From Oscillospiraceae bacterium (GTDB taxonomy: Bacteria; Bacillota; Clostridia; UBA1381; UBA9506): a stretch of DNA of 64,000 nucleotides. Numbering within the stretch: position 1 is the stretch's first letter; every line of letters starts with the position of its first letter. The notes under the pieces were generated by a model. It saw only the letters and a list, made by a program, of their open reading frames with translations, was not told the DNA's origin and did no database searches. The translations under genes and the position numbers were made by a program. This document shows positions 46,412 to 57,324 of this stretch, piece after piece. The stretch is taken from positions 42,679-106,678 of the forward strand of contig SVKE01000001.1 in the NCBI GenBank assembly GCA_015068615.1, in the 5' to 3' direction.

Positions 46412-47008
46412 GTGATGAATATGATGGTTCTGGGCTTAACAGGCGGTACCGGCTGCGGCAAAAGCACCGCTGCTGCCCATTTACAAAAAAAAGGCGCCCG
46501 CATCATTGATGCAGACGCCATCAGCCGTGCCCTGATGCAGCCGGGAAGCAGCGCGCTTGCAGAGGTAGCGGCACATTTTGAAGGTGTGCTGAAGGGGGAC
46601 GGCAGCTTAGACCGCAAAAAGCTTGCCTCCCTTGTGTTTCATGATGAATATTTGCTGACTAAATTAAACAGCATCACGCATAAATATATTATACAGGAAA
46701 TTGAGGCGGCCCTATTAGAGACCACCGGGCCGCTAACCGTCATTGATGCACCGCTCCTTTTTGAGGCCGGGCTCGACAGACTTTGCGATGTGACCCTGTG
46801 CATACTGGCAGACCATGATACCCGCGTCAAACGCATTATGTCTCGCGACGGTTTGACGGAGGAGGAGGCCGATGCGCGCATACAGGCGCAGAAAAATGAT
46901 GACTATTATAAAAGTCGCTGCCATTATACCCTCTGTAATAACCATGACCCTGAGGCCATGCTGGAGGCATTGGACGCGATTTTAAAGGAGATTTTTTGTG
47001 AAGCTTAA
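46412..47008 (+). CDS. coaE: dephospho-CoA kinase
   Basis: 198 aa. P-loop LGLTGGTGCGKST and IIDADAISR, typical of CoaE. Confidence 0.9.
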   Translation: MMNMMVLGLTGGTGCGKSTAAAHLQKKGARIIDADAISRALMQPGSSALAEVAAHFEGVLKGDGSLDRKKLASLVFHDEYLLTKLNSITHKYIIQEIEAALLETTGPLTVIDAPLLFEAGLDRLCDVTLCILADHDTRVKRIMSRDGLTEEEADARIQAQKNDDYYKSRCHYTLCNNHDPEAMLEALDAILKEIFCEA

Positions 47009-47546
47009 AAAATGGTCCGTTTGGGTTTTGCTCCTACTTCTTTTGGTGCTGATTTTAAATCTCGGCAACCTGGGACGTATGCTCTATCCCGTAAGGCACG
47101 CAGAATACATCTGGCGATATGCTGAGGATTATCAGGTGAATCCGTACCTTGTTATGAGTATCATTAAGGCAGAAAGCAACTTTGATGAAGACGCGGTTTC
47201 TCATAAAAACGCCAGTGGCTTGATGCAGATTATTGAGCCGACAGCAGAGTGGATTGCTGACCGTATGGAACTGCAGAATTTCAGCTATGAAAGCATTACC
47301 GAGCCGGAGTTGAATATTCAAATGGGCTGCTATTATATTTCCTATCTGCTGGAGCAATATGAGGGCGACCTGAAAAATGCGCTGGCTGCCTATAATGCGG
47401 GTACGGGTAACGTGAATCAATGGCTTGCAAATCCGGAATATACAAAGGACGGAAAAACGCTGAGCCACATTCCCTTCCCCGAAACCCGCCGCTACATCAC
47501 CCGTGTGACCAATAACCTGCGGATGTATACTCTGTTATACCAATAG
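46998..47546 (+). CDS. lytic transglycosylase (SLT domain), membrane anchored
   Basis: 182 aa. N-terminal TM segment, catalytic ES motif in IIKAESNFDEDAVSHKNASGLMQI, and AYNAG. Confidence 0.85.
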   Translation: MKLKKWSVWVLLLLLLVLILNLGNLGRMLYPVRHAEYIWRYAEDYQVNPYLVMSIIKAESNFDEDAVSHKNASGLMQIIEPTAEWIADRMELQNFSYESITEPELNIQMGCYYISYLLEQYEGDLKNALAAYNAGTGNVNQWLANPEYTKDGKTLSHIPFPETRRYITRVTNNLRMYTLLYQ

Positions 47547-47744
47547 AGCGCTTTAGAAGGAGGCCGTCCGGCAGGTGGCAGACAAAAAAGCGTCACCGTC
47601 ATCTGCCAAAGCGGCACCGAGGCAGACATCCTTGCAACCGCTCTCTTTGTGGCAGGGCCATCCCTTGCAGATAAGCTCTCCCCCTATTATGACAAGCTGA
47701 TTTTCATTGACCATACCATGGGTCTGACAACCATCACACCCTGA
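47547..47744 (+). pseudogene. 3' remnant of an ApbE-like FAD:protein FMN transferase gene
   Basis: 65 start-less codons read ...KSVTVICQSGTEADILATALFVAGPSLADKL...IFIDHTMGLTTITP*. This matches the conserved ApbE C-terminus (sVtVi....ADalaTAlfv.G). There is no start codon and no N-terminal 250 aa. Confidence 0.5.
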
Positions 47745-47764
47745 TAGAGAAAGGATATAAAGAC

Positions 47765-50389
47765 ATGCCGGAAAAAAAGCTTTTAATCATTGATGCAAAC
47801 AGCATTATCAACCGTGCCTTTTACGGCATCAGGCTGCTGACCACAAAGGACGGCACCTTTACCAATGCTGTCTATGGCTTTTTAAACATTTTTTATAAAT
47901 ATAAAGAAGAAATCAAGCCGGATTACATTGCGGCAGCTTTTGACTTAAAAGCGCCCACCTTCCGGCATAAAATGTTTGACGGCTACAAAGCCACCAGGCA
48001 CCCCATGCCGGAGGAGCTGGTGCCCCAGCTGCCTCTTTTAAAAGAGGTGCTTCGCGCGCTGGGGATTCCCATTTTGGAAAAGGAGGGCTATGAGGCAGAT
48101 GACATCATCGGCACTGTCGCAGCCCGCTGCACAAAAGAGGACATTGCCTGCATGATTTTAACGGGTGATAAGGACGACCTGCAGCTTGCCACAGAGCACA
48201 ATAAAATTTATTTAATTACCACCCGCATGGGCAATACCGAGACGGAGATTTTTGACGCACAGCACGTGTTTGAAAAATATGGTGTGACGCCGCAGGAATT
48301 CATTGATGTAAAGGCCATTATGGGAGACACCTCCGATAACATCCCCGGCATAAAAGGCATTGGCGAAAAGGGTGCGCTTTCCCTGATTTCTGCCTTTAAA
48401 AGTTTGGATGCCATCTATGAAAATCTGGATGCTGACGGCATCACAAAGTCCATGCGTACAAAGCTCGCAGAGGGCAGGGAATCAGCGTATCTTTCCCGTA
48501 CACTTGCCACCATTAACTGCGAGGTACCCATTCTGCTCGACCTTGAAGCCGCCCGTGAATCGGAGGGTGATATTGAGGCTTTGCGTGCTTTATATACCCG
48601 TCTGGAATTTAAAAGCTTTTTAAAAAAGCTCCCGACCTCTTCCGGCAGCGAGCCCGCGCCGGATTCTGCAGCCCTACAATACGAAACTGTTGCATTTAGT
48701 ACACAAGAGGCGTTGGCAGAATTTTTACAAAAGGATGTACTTTACTATCTGCCCGAGGAGGGCTCAAACCGCATTTGCATCACAGATGGTAGCGGCAAGG
48801 TGGCGATGGTGCCGCTGACCGAGCCGTATCTGACTGTTATCAAAGGCTTTTTAAAGGAAGCGAAGGGACTCAAGGTCACCCATGGCGCCAAGGAGCAATA
48901 TCTCTGGGCAGAGAGCATGGGGTTGACGCTGTCTGGCAGGCTGTTCGACACGGCCATTGCCGCCTATCTGCTGGACCCTGCCCGCCGCAGCTATGCACTC
49001 TTAGAGCTCTGCCGAGATTTTCTGCAGCTTTCCTTCCGGGAGGAGACCGTTGGGGAGCAGCTGTCCTTTGATGCAGAGCCCGCGGCAGAAAGCACGGCGT
49101 GTATAGAAAAAACAGCCGCCCTGCCACAGCTATATCAGGCTCTTTCCGACCGCCTGGCGGCAGAGGAAATGCAGTCTCTGTTCCAAGACATCGAAATGCC
49201 CCTTGTAGAAGTGTTGGCCGCCATGCAAAAGGAGGGCATCCTGGTTGATAAAGCTCGTCTGCTGGAATTTGGCGATATGCTGGACGGACAAATCTCCGGC
49301 CTGACGGAGGATATTTACACTCTGGCGGGGGAGACCTTTAATATCAATTCTCCCAAGCAGCTGGGCGTAATTTTATATGAAAAGCTGGGACTTAAATCCT
49401 CTAAAAAAACCAAGACAGGCTATTCCACCAATGCCGAGGCATTAGAAAAGCTCGTAGATGCGCATCCGATTATTGAAAAGATTTTGGAATTTCGGCAGCT
49501 TTCCAAGCTGAAATCCACCTATGTAGACGGCTTAAAAGACGTCATCGATCATAGAACCGGGCGGATTCATTCCAATTTTCACCAAACCGTCACGGTCACC
49601 GGCCGCATCAGCTCTTCTGAACCCAATTTGCAGAACATCCCCGTCCGCACAACGCTGGGACGCGAAATGCGCAAAATGTTCGTGGCTGCTCCGGGGCATG
49701 TATTGATTGATGCAGACTATTCTCAGATTGAACTGCGCGTTCTGGCGCACATTGCCGGAGACGAGGCCATGATTGCGTCCTTTGCTGCCGGCAAGGACAT
49801 TCACGCAAGCACAGCGGCTAAGCTGTTTGGCGTAAGCGAGGACGCTGTCGATGTTGAAAAGCGTACCGCCGCCAAGGCTATTAACTTTGGCCTGATTTAC
49901 GGCAAGGGCGAATTTTCTCTGGCGCGCGACCTAGGCATTTCCATTAAGGAGGCCAAGGCTTATATGGAGGAATATCTGGGTAGCTTCCCCAAGGTGCGCG
50001 ATTATATGAAAAGCATTGTGGAATTTGCCAAGGCGCACGGCTATGTCAGCACTATGTTTGGCCGCAGACGGCATCTGCCTGAGCTGAAATCCTCCAATTT
50101 CCAGCTGCGCGCCTTCGGCGAACGTGCCGCTCTAAATGCACCCATTCAGGGCACAGCAGCGGATATTATTAAGCTGGCCATGGTGCGCGTGTATCATCGT
50201 TTACAGGAGGAGAAGCTCACGGCACGTCTGATTTTGCAGGTGCATGATGAGCTCATTGTCGAGGCACCGGAGCAGGAGGCAGAAAAAGCACAAAAGATTT
50301 TAAGAGAGGAAATGGAACAGGCCGTGGCCTTAAGCGTGCCCCTCTTTGTGGATATGCAAACAGGTAAGAGTTGGTATGACACCAAGTAG
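47765..50389 (+). CDS. polA: DNA polymerase I
   Basis: 874 aa. 5' nuclease domain (LLIIDANSIINRAFY, GDTSDNIPGIKGIGEK), a 3'-5' exo-like linker, and pol A motifs (DYSQIELRVLAH, KAINFGLIYG, QVHDEL). Confidence 0.97.
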   Translation: MPEKKLLIIDANSIINRAFYGIRLLTTKDGTFTNAVYGFLNIFYKYKEEIKPDYIAAAFDLKAPTFRHKMFDGYKATRHPMPEELVPQLPLLKEVLRALGIPILEKEGYEADDIIGTVAARCTKEDIACMILTGDKDDLQLATEHNKIYLITTRMGNTETEIFDAQHVFEKYGVTPQEFIDVKAIMGDTSDNIPGIKGIGEKGALSLISAFKSLDAIYENLDADGITKSMRTKLAEGRESAYLSRTLATINCEVPILLDLEAARESEGDIEALRALYTRLEFKSFLKKLPTSSGSEPAPDSAALQYETVAFSTQEALAEFLQKDVLYYLPEEGSNRICITDGSGKVAMVPLTEPYLTVIKGFLKEAKGLKVTHGAKEQYLWAESMGLTLSGRLFDTAIAAYLLDPARRSYALLELCRDFLQLSFREETVGEQLSFDAEPAAESTACIEKTAALPQLYQALSDRLAAEEMQSLFQDIEMPLVEVLAAMQKEGILVDKARLLEFGDMLDGQISGLTEDIYTLAGETFNINSPKQLGVILYEKLGLKSSKKTKTGYSTNAEALEKLVDAHPIIEKILEFRQLSKLKSTYVDGLKDVIDHRTGRIHSNFHQTVTVTGRISSSEPNLQNIPVRTTLGREMRKMFVAAPGHVLIDADYSQIELRVLAHIAGDEAMIASFAAGKDIHASTAAKLFGVSEDAVDVEKRTAAKAINFGLIYGKGEFSLARDLGISIKEAKAYMEEYLGSFPKVRDYMKSIVEFAKAHGYVSTMFGRRRHLPELKSSNFQLRAFGERAALNAPIQGTAADIIKLAMVRVYHRLQEEKLTARLILQVHDELIVEAPEQEAEKAQKILREEMEQAVALSVPLFVDMQTGKSWYDTK

Positions 50390-50403
50390 TAGAAGGAGGC
50401 ATT

Positions 50404-51315
50404 ATGTCCTTTTCAAGTGAAGTAAAAAAAGAATTATGCTGCACCCTGCCGGAGAGCGCATGCTGTCGCCGGGCCGAGCTTGCCGGTATTTTGGCTTTGG
50501 CCGGCACCCCTCTTGCAGAAGCTGAGGGCGGCGGTCTGCGCCTTAGAACAGAAAACGCCGATGTGGCACAGCGTGCTGCAGACCTATTACGTCTCCTATT
50601 CTCCAAGGAAATACACACCATTTCTGCCGATGGAAAAAACATACATACCCTTCTTCTTAAAAAAGAAGACGGCTTTTTGCACATCATGAAGTCGCTGGGG
50701 TTTTATTTTGATGGGCGCATTCGCTTTTGTGCTGACCCCTTCATCACCGGCGAATCCTGTTGCCGTCGTGCCTTTTTGCGCGGGGCCTTTTTGGGTGGAG
50801 GCTCTGTGAGTGCACCGCAAAAAAGCTACCATTTGGAAATAGAAACCCACTACCATGGGCTTTCTGGAGATTTGCTGCAGCTGTTTGAGGATGAATCTCT
50901 GCGCGCCCGTAGTGTGATGCGAAAATCTAACCACGTTATTTACATTAAGGAAAGTGAGGAAATCGCCGATGCGCTGGCCGCATTGGGAGCCACAGATTCT
51001 GCCTTAGAGCTCTACCACATTAAGGTGGAAAAGGATATGAAAAACCGCATCAACCGTCAGGTCAACTGCGAAACGGCCAATCTGACAAAAACCGCCAACA
51101 CGGCTGCTCTGCAGATTGCTGCCATTCATAAGGTGATGCAGTCGCCCCTGCGTGAGGAGCTGACACCCTCCATGCTGGAGCTGGCAGAGCTACGGGTACA
51201 GAACCCCGAGGCAAGCCTTTTAGAGCTCGCCTCACTGCTGCCCGAGCCCCTGAGCAAATCGGCCGTCAGCCGCAGACTGCAAAAAATTGTCACGCTGGCA
51301 GAGATGCTTTCTTAA
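50404..51315 (+). CDS. whiA: DNA-binding protein WhiA
   Basis: 303 aa. MSFSSEVKKELC N-terminus, degenerate LAGLIDADG-like repeats and a C-terminal HTH (LSKSAVSRRLQKI). Confidence 0.9.
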   Translation: MSFSSEVKKELCCTLPESACCRRAELAGILALAGTPLAEAEGGGLRLRTENADVAQRAADLLRLLFSKEIHTISADGKNIHTLLLKKEDGFLHIMKSLGFYFDGRIRFCADPFITGESCCRRAFLRGAFLGGGSVSAPQKSYHLEIETHYHGLSGDLLQLFEDESLRARSVMRKSNHVIYIKESEEIADALAALGATDSALELYHIKVEKDMKNRINRQVNCETANLTKTANTAALQIAAIHKVMQSPLREELTPSMLELAELRVQNPEASLLELASLLPEPLSKSAVSRRLQKIVTLAEMLS

Positions 51316-51329
51316 AGAGGAACAAAGAT

Positions 51330-51494
51330 ATGACATTTCCCCGCATTCCCGCGGTCATACTGGCTGCTCTCTTTTTGCTCACAGTCAGCTTTTGCATCCT
51401 GAAACTTGCAGACAAAAGAATGGCACCTCAAACGGAAATTACGGAAATTTTGATGACAGATACAGAAAAGAGGAACCAGACACATGGCATTTGA
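51330..51494 (+). CDS. possible 54-aa single-pass membrane peptide
   Basis: Below the track's size cut-off. AGAGGA lies 8 nt upstream of the ATG. MTFPRIPAVILAALFLLTVSFCILKLADKR... has one clear TM helix. Its stop overlaps the rqcH start region. Confidence 0.3.
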   Translation: MTFPRIPAVILAALFLLTVSFCILKLADKRMAPQTEITEILMTDTEKRNQTHGI

Positions 51495-53241
51495 TGGATT
51501 GGTGATTCGCGCTTTGGCGCAGGAATTGCATAAAAAATTAAAAAACGCACGGCTGGATAAGATCTATCAGCCGGAAACGGACGAGCTGCTCCTGGCCCTC
51601 CACGGTCCCGAGGGCGCCTATAAGGTCACGCTTTCGGCCAATGCCTCCATTCCCCGGGTGGCGCTTTGCGAATCCACCAAGGAAAACCCGGCCAAAGCAC
51701 CGATGTTTTGCATGCTGCTCCGGAAACATTTAGGAGCAGCCCATGTCATCGCCGTCCGCCAGCCACAGCTTGAGCGCATGCTCTTTTTTGATTTTGAAAC
51801 GCGGAACGAATTGGGCGATTTGGTACGGAAATCACTTGTGGTTGAAATGATGGGTCGCCACTCCAATATCATTTTTATTGATGAGCATGGTCGAGTGGCA
51901 GACAGCATTAAGCGCATTGATTTTTCCATTAGCTCCAAGCGGCAGATTTTGCCCGGTTTGCCCTACGAAATGCCGCCGACGCAGAACAAGCTGAACCCCC
52001 TGGACTGCAGCCTGGAGGACTTTTTAGAAGTGCTTTCCGGCCCAAGGGAGGCAGATACCGTAAGCCGCCTGATTGTAGGTCGTTTTCAGGGAGTGAGTCC
52101 CTTGGTGGCCCGCGAACTGGTATTCCGTGCCTTTGGTGAGACGGATCGTCCCTGTCAGGCCCTTGACTATGCACAATGTCTGGATCTTGCCACCGCCATG
52201 CATCAGCTGTTTGCTGAGGTGAACCGGGGTGATTTTACCCCCTGTATGCTCACGGATGCAGAAACCGGGCGGCTCATGGAATTTTCTGCCGTGTCCATCA
52301 CGCAATACGGGTCGGCGGCGTTTTGCAGCCCGGAGTCTTCCATGGGATATTTGATTGAACAATTCTACAGGGCACGGGATAAAAAGGAGCGAATGCTCCG
52401 CCGTGGCGCCAACCTTGCGAAAACGGTGTCGGTCAACCTTGAGCGCTGCGCCAAAAAGCTGCAGCTGCAAGCTGCCGAGCTCTCAGACACGGAAAAGCGC
52501 GAGGAGTGGCGGCAATTCGGAGAGTTGATTACGGCCAATATGTATCAGATGGAAAAGGGTCTAAAAAGTATTCGCGTGCAGAACTATTTTGATGAGTCGC
52601 TCCCCATGGTTGTGATTCCGCTGGACGAAACGCTTTCGCCCAGTGCCAATGCTCAGCGCTACTACAAAAAATACAACAAGGCCAAAACCGCCCGCGAGGA
52701 GCTTTTAAAGCAAATGAAGCTGGCAAAGGAGGAGCTCTCCTACTTAGAGAGCGTGGAGGAGGCCCTCTTGCGTGCCGAAACGGATGCAGACCTCTCCCAG
52801 ATAGGCGATGAACTGGCTGCCCAGGGTTATCTCCGCCGCCCGAAGGAGATGCGCCGCAAAAAGGAAAATCCCGCTGCACCCGCAGCCTTTACCACAAAGG
52901 ACGGCTTTTCCATTCTGGCCGGCAGAAACAACAGGCAAAACGATTACTTAACGTGCAAGCTTGCTCATGGGCGGGATTTGTGGTTCCATGCAAAGAATAT
53001 TCCCGGCTCCCACGTGGTGCTCTGCTATGACCCCGACCGTCCCTTTACGGAGGCCGCAATCACAGAAGCTGCCGCCCTTGCTGCACAGCTTTCTAAGGCG
53101 CGCGAGGCCGAAAAGGTGCCGGTGGATTATACGGAGATTAAAAATGTGAAGAAGCCCGCAGGTGCAAAGCCCGGCTTTGTCATTTATACCACTAACAAGA
53201 CAGCGTATGTTACGCCCTCCGGACTTCGGCAAACAGAATAA
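51484..53241 (+). CDS. rqcH: ribosome quality control protein RqcH (NFACT / FbpA family)
   Basis: 585 aa. MAFDGLVIRALAQEL N-terminus, coiled-coil middle, and a C-terminal NFACT-R region (LWFHAKNIPGSHVVL). Confidence 0.9.
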   Translation: MAFDGLVIRALAQELHKKLKNARLDKIYQPETDELLLALHGPEGAYKVTLSANASIPRVALCESTKENPAKAPMFCMLLRKHLGAAHVIAVRQPQLERMLFFDFETRNELGDLVRKSLVVEMMGRHSNIIFIDEHGRVADSIKRIDFSISSKRQILPGLPYEMPPTQNKLNPLDCSLEDFLEVLSGPREADTVSRLIVGRFQGVSPLVARELVFRAFGETDRPCQALDYAQCLDLATAMHQLFAEVNRGDFTPCMLTDAETGRLMEFSAVSITQYGSAAFCSPESSMGYLIEQFYRARDKKERMLRRGANLAKTVSVNLERCAKKLQLQAAELSDTEKREEWRQFGELITANMYQMEKGLKSIRVQNYFDESLPMVVIPLDETLSPSANAQRYYKKYNKAKTAREELLKQMKLAKEELSYLESVEEALLRAETDADLSQIGDELAAQGYLRRPKEMRRKKENPAAPAAFTTKDGFSILAGRNNRQNDYLTCKLAHGRDLWFHAKNIPGSHVVLCYDPDRPFTEAAITEAAALAAQLSKAREAEKVPVDYTEIKNVKKPAGAKPGFVIYTTNKTAYVTPSGLRQTE

Positions 53242-53335
53242 ACGTAAAACCATACACGACATCGGGGAGTTTTTTTCGATTTGCCTGTAAAAACCCTCGG
53301 CGCAAAAAGTTTTTTGCAATATAGACGATTTACCC

Positions 53336-53364
53336 TTGCAATTTTCTTTCACATTCGTTATAAT
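53336..53364 (+). promoter_or_regulatory. sigmaA-type promoter for purA
   Basis: TTGCAA, 17-nt spacer, TATAAT. Leaves a leader of about 75 nt. Confidence 0.5.
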
Positions 53365-53401
53365 GAATAGGTGGTGCATTTATGTCTTACATTCACCGTA
53401 G

Positions 53402-54715
<1,314 letters not shown>

Positions 54716-54790
54716 AAAACGGGACAAGGGTCATTTTTTCCTCTTTCTTTTCATATGGTAAACTATCAGAAGAGAAAGAAGGAATGAAAA

Positions 54791-55417
54791 TTGAAACGAG
54801 TGAATGCTTTGCCGAAGGTATTTCTGCGGTTTATACAGGCAGATGCCCGGCTCTATATCTATATTCTTTTGGCGTTTATCATTGGCGGCATTTTTGCCGC
54901 CCTGTTTGCCTTTGGATTGCCGGAGTCCGCTCTGACGGAGCTCAGCCTTTATGTCGATGATTTTTTTCAGAATATGCATAAGAGTGGTACTGATTCCGTG
55001 CTTCTGTTTCAGGACGGCCTAGTGATGCATATTAAAAGCTTCGGCATTTTGCTTTTGCTTTCGGTTATGGTCATTGGTGCGCCGTTTATTGCCGTTTTTG
55101 CGGGATTAAAGGGCTTTATGCAAGGCTTCACCCTGTTTTTTATGTTCCGAGTTTATAGCTTTCGTGCCGTGTTGTTTTTTCTTGCCGGCATGCTACCGCA
55201 TGGTCTGATTTTGCTTCCCTGTTATTCCGTTTTATTTGTTACGTGTCTAAAATTTTCGAAATCGCTGGTAAGAGATCGGCAGAATCTAAAAGCGAGACTT
55301 CTGCATTTTGCACTTATTCTCGGCATTTTGTTTTTGGTTGCTGTCATGGCAACGCTGATACAGGCCTATGTAGAACCGCTCTTTATCAGGCTGATTGCAG
55401 GCATGTATACGGCATAG
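54791..55417 (+). CDS. spoIIM: stage II sporulation protein M
   Basis: 208 aa with 5 TM segments and a TTG start. Topology and position immediately upstream of xerD fit SpoIIM. Confidence 0.7.
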   Translation: MKRVNALPKVFLRFIQADARLYIYILLAFIIGGIFAALFAFGLPESALTELSLYVDDFFQNMHKSGTDSVLLFQDGLVMHIKSFGILLLLSVMVIGAPFIAVFAGLKGFMQGFTLFFMFRVYSFRAVLFFLAGMLPHGLILLPCYSVLFVTCLKFSKSLVRDRQNLKARLLHFALILGILFLVAVMATLIQAYVEPLFIRLIAGMYTA

Positions 55418-55490
55418 CCGTAAAAAAGGCTAACAAGGGATAAAAGGGGCTGTTTCCGCCCTTTTAGAGCAGGCAGAGAAAGGAAATATA

Positions 55491-56372
55491 ATGTCTAATT
55501 TGGTCAATGGATTTATTGCATATTTAGAAAAAGATAAAAGGTTAACAAAGAACACGCTGGATTCGTACCGGCATGATATACAGGCCTTTTTGCAATATGC
55601 AGGCGGTGAGGTAAAAAAACTGCTGACAGCAGATAAGAAGATGCTTCTGACGTATCTCAACCACCTAAAGCAGGCCGGTCGAGCCAATTCTACTATTTCG
55701 CGGGAGTTGGCAACGCTTAAGAATTTTTATGCGTATCTTTTGAATCGGGGTCTTGTTACGGTGAACCCTACTGTGGGCATCAAGCCGCCGCGGGTGGAGA
55801 AAAAGCTGCCGCAGGTACTGACAACGACGGAAATGGAAAAACTGCTGGAGCAGCCCTGCTGCACGGATTTAAAGGGCTTTCGCGATAAGGCCATGCTGGA
55901 GGTTTTATACGCCACCGGGATTCGCGTCAGCGAGCTGGTGCAGTTGAATCTCTCGGATGTGAACTTGAATATGGGATTTATCCGTTGCGTAAGCACCGGG
56001 AAGGAACGCATTATCCCTATTGGGAAAATCTGCGTTAATTTCCTGAACGCCTACATGGAAAATGCCCGTCCTTTGCTTGCAAAATCAATGGAGGAGCCTG
56101 CCTTGTTCTTAAATCTTCTGGGACAGCGGATGTCACGTCAGGGCTTCTGGAAGCTGTTGAAGCAATATGCAGAAGAGGCCGGAATTTCTAAAGACATCAC
56201 ACCACATACCTTGCGCCACTCCTTCGCGGCACACCTTTTGGAAAACGGAGCAGACCTCCATTCCATTCAGGCCATGCTGGGGCATACGGACATTTCTACC
56301 ACACAGGTTTATGCACAGCTGATGAATAACAAGCTCAAGGACGTATACGCAAAAGCACATCCCCGGGCCTAA
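55491..56372 (+). CDS. xerD: site-specific tyrosine recombinase XerD/XerC
   Basis: 293 aa. N-terminal SAM-like domain and catalytic R...HxxR...Y (ATGIRVSEL, HTLRHSFAAHLL, LGHTDISTTQVY). Confidence 0.92.
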   Translation: MSNLVNGFIAYLEKDKRLTKNTLDSYRHDIQAFLQYAGGEVKKLLTADKKMLLTYLNHLKQAGRANSTISRELATLKNFYAYLLNRGLVTVNPTVGIKPPRVEKKLPQVLTTTEMEKLLEQPCCTDLKGFRDKAMLEVLYATGIRVSELVQLNLSDVNLNMGFIRCVSTGKERIIPIGKICVNFLNAYMENARPLLAKSMEEPALFLNLLGQRMSRQGFWKLLKQYAEEAGISKDITPHTLRHSFAAHLLENGADLHSIQAMLGHTDISTTQVYAQLMNNKLKDVYAKAHPRA

Positions 56373-56564
56373 AAGAGGCCGTTCCACCATATAAATGCAG
56401 TGAAAGACGCTTTATAGCACTCTTTTTGAGGAGTTTATACAAATATTCCTCTAAAAGATTGTTATATATGCGTCTTGCTTGTTTTATGGGATTATGTTAG
56501 AATTAACAAAATACTTAAATGAGGGTTGTCTTGTTCTTGTGTTATATCCAAAGGAGGGATTTCT

Positions 56565-57311
56565 ATGTTGTTGGGTTTGGCATCGATTGCTTTTTCTAAG
56601 CTTTCTGCTGATGCTGTGATAGATTTAGTCTGCGAAAACGGGCTGGAGATTTTAGAGTGGAATGAAGTACATATTCCGGCCGGAAATATAAAGGAAGCAG
56701 AAAGAGTCAGGCGCAGAGCCGGCGAAAAGGGCTTGCGTACCATCTCTTATGCCGCGAAATTTTCCGTACTGACGGAGGCGGCAGAGAGCTTTTCACGCGT
56801 GCTCAAAACGGCGGATGCGCTAGGCACGGATATGGTGTGCCTAAACACCGGCCTTGCCCTGTCCTCCATTGATGCACAAGAGGCCTCCCGGCAACTGGTG
56901 CAGCGTGTGCAGGAGCTTTCGGATATGGCAAAAAAGGCCGGGATGAAGCTATGTTTTTTTTATCGCTGTGATGCGTTTTTTGACGATTATCTCCGTGTGG
57001 TATCTCTCATGGAGGAAATCAATCGCGACAATGTGTTTTTAAACTGGCAGCCGAAGCTGACATCGTCGCTCATTTTCAATATTTTTGAGCTTAAAATGCT
57101 GCTGCGCTTTGTGCAGCATGTGTATATTTATTATAAGGATTCTGCCAGCCGGAACTCGCTGATTATTGAAGGAAGAGATGAATGGCAGCAGTATATGAAG
57201 GTGCTGAAGGAAAAGGAAGAGCGCGCCATTATGTTCCGTGGTTGCTCGCAGGAGAGTTTTGCCGAGGATTGTGCGTTGCTCAGGGAGTGGCTGAAAAAAG
57301 CCGAAGTTTGA
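56565..57311 (+). CDS. sugar phosphate isomerase/epimerase-like TIM-barrel protein
   Basis: The ORF track starts at 56526. I prefer the MLLGLAS start at 56565, which has AAGGAGGG upstream. The resemblance to xylose-isomerase-like TIM barrels is weak but recognisable. Confidence 0.5.
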   Translation: MLLGLASIAFSKLSADAVIDLVCENGLEILEWNEVHIPAGNIKEAERVRRRAGEKGLRTISYAAKFSVLTEAAESFSRVLKTADALGTDMVCLNTGLALSSIDAQEASRQLVQRVQELSDMAKKAGMKLCFFYRCDAFFDDYLRVVSLMEEINRDNVFLNWQPKLTSSLIFNIFELKMLLRFVQHVYIYYKDSASRNSLIIEGRDEWQQYMKVLKEKEERAIMFRGCSQESFAEDCALLREWLKKAEV

Positions 57312-57324
57312 AAGGAGAATACTC

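Noticed and set aside
47544-47744. Possible TAG read-through (or pyrrolysine) fusing the lytic transglycosylase to the in-frame ApbE-like remnant
   Set aside because: Being in frame has a one-in-three chance. The downstream piece is only the last ~60 aa of an unrelated enzyme. No pyl genes or PYLIS-like context are visible. The SLT domain is complete before the stop.
51287-51505. 72-aa ORF from the track overlapping the whiA 3' end
   Set aside because: It starts inside whiA and has no SD and no hydrophobic or structured features. The alternative 54-codon frame (51330-51494) has better signals and is reported instead, still at low confidence.
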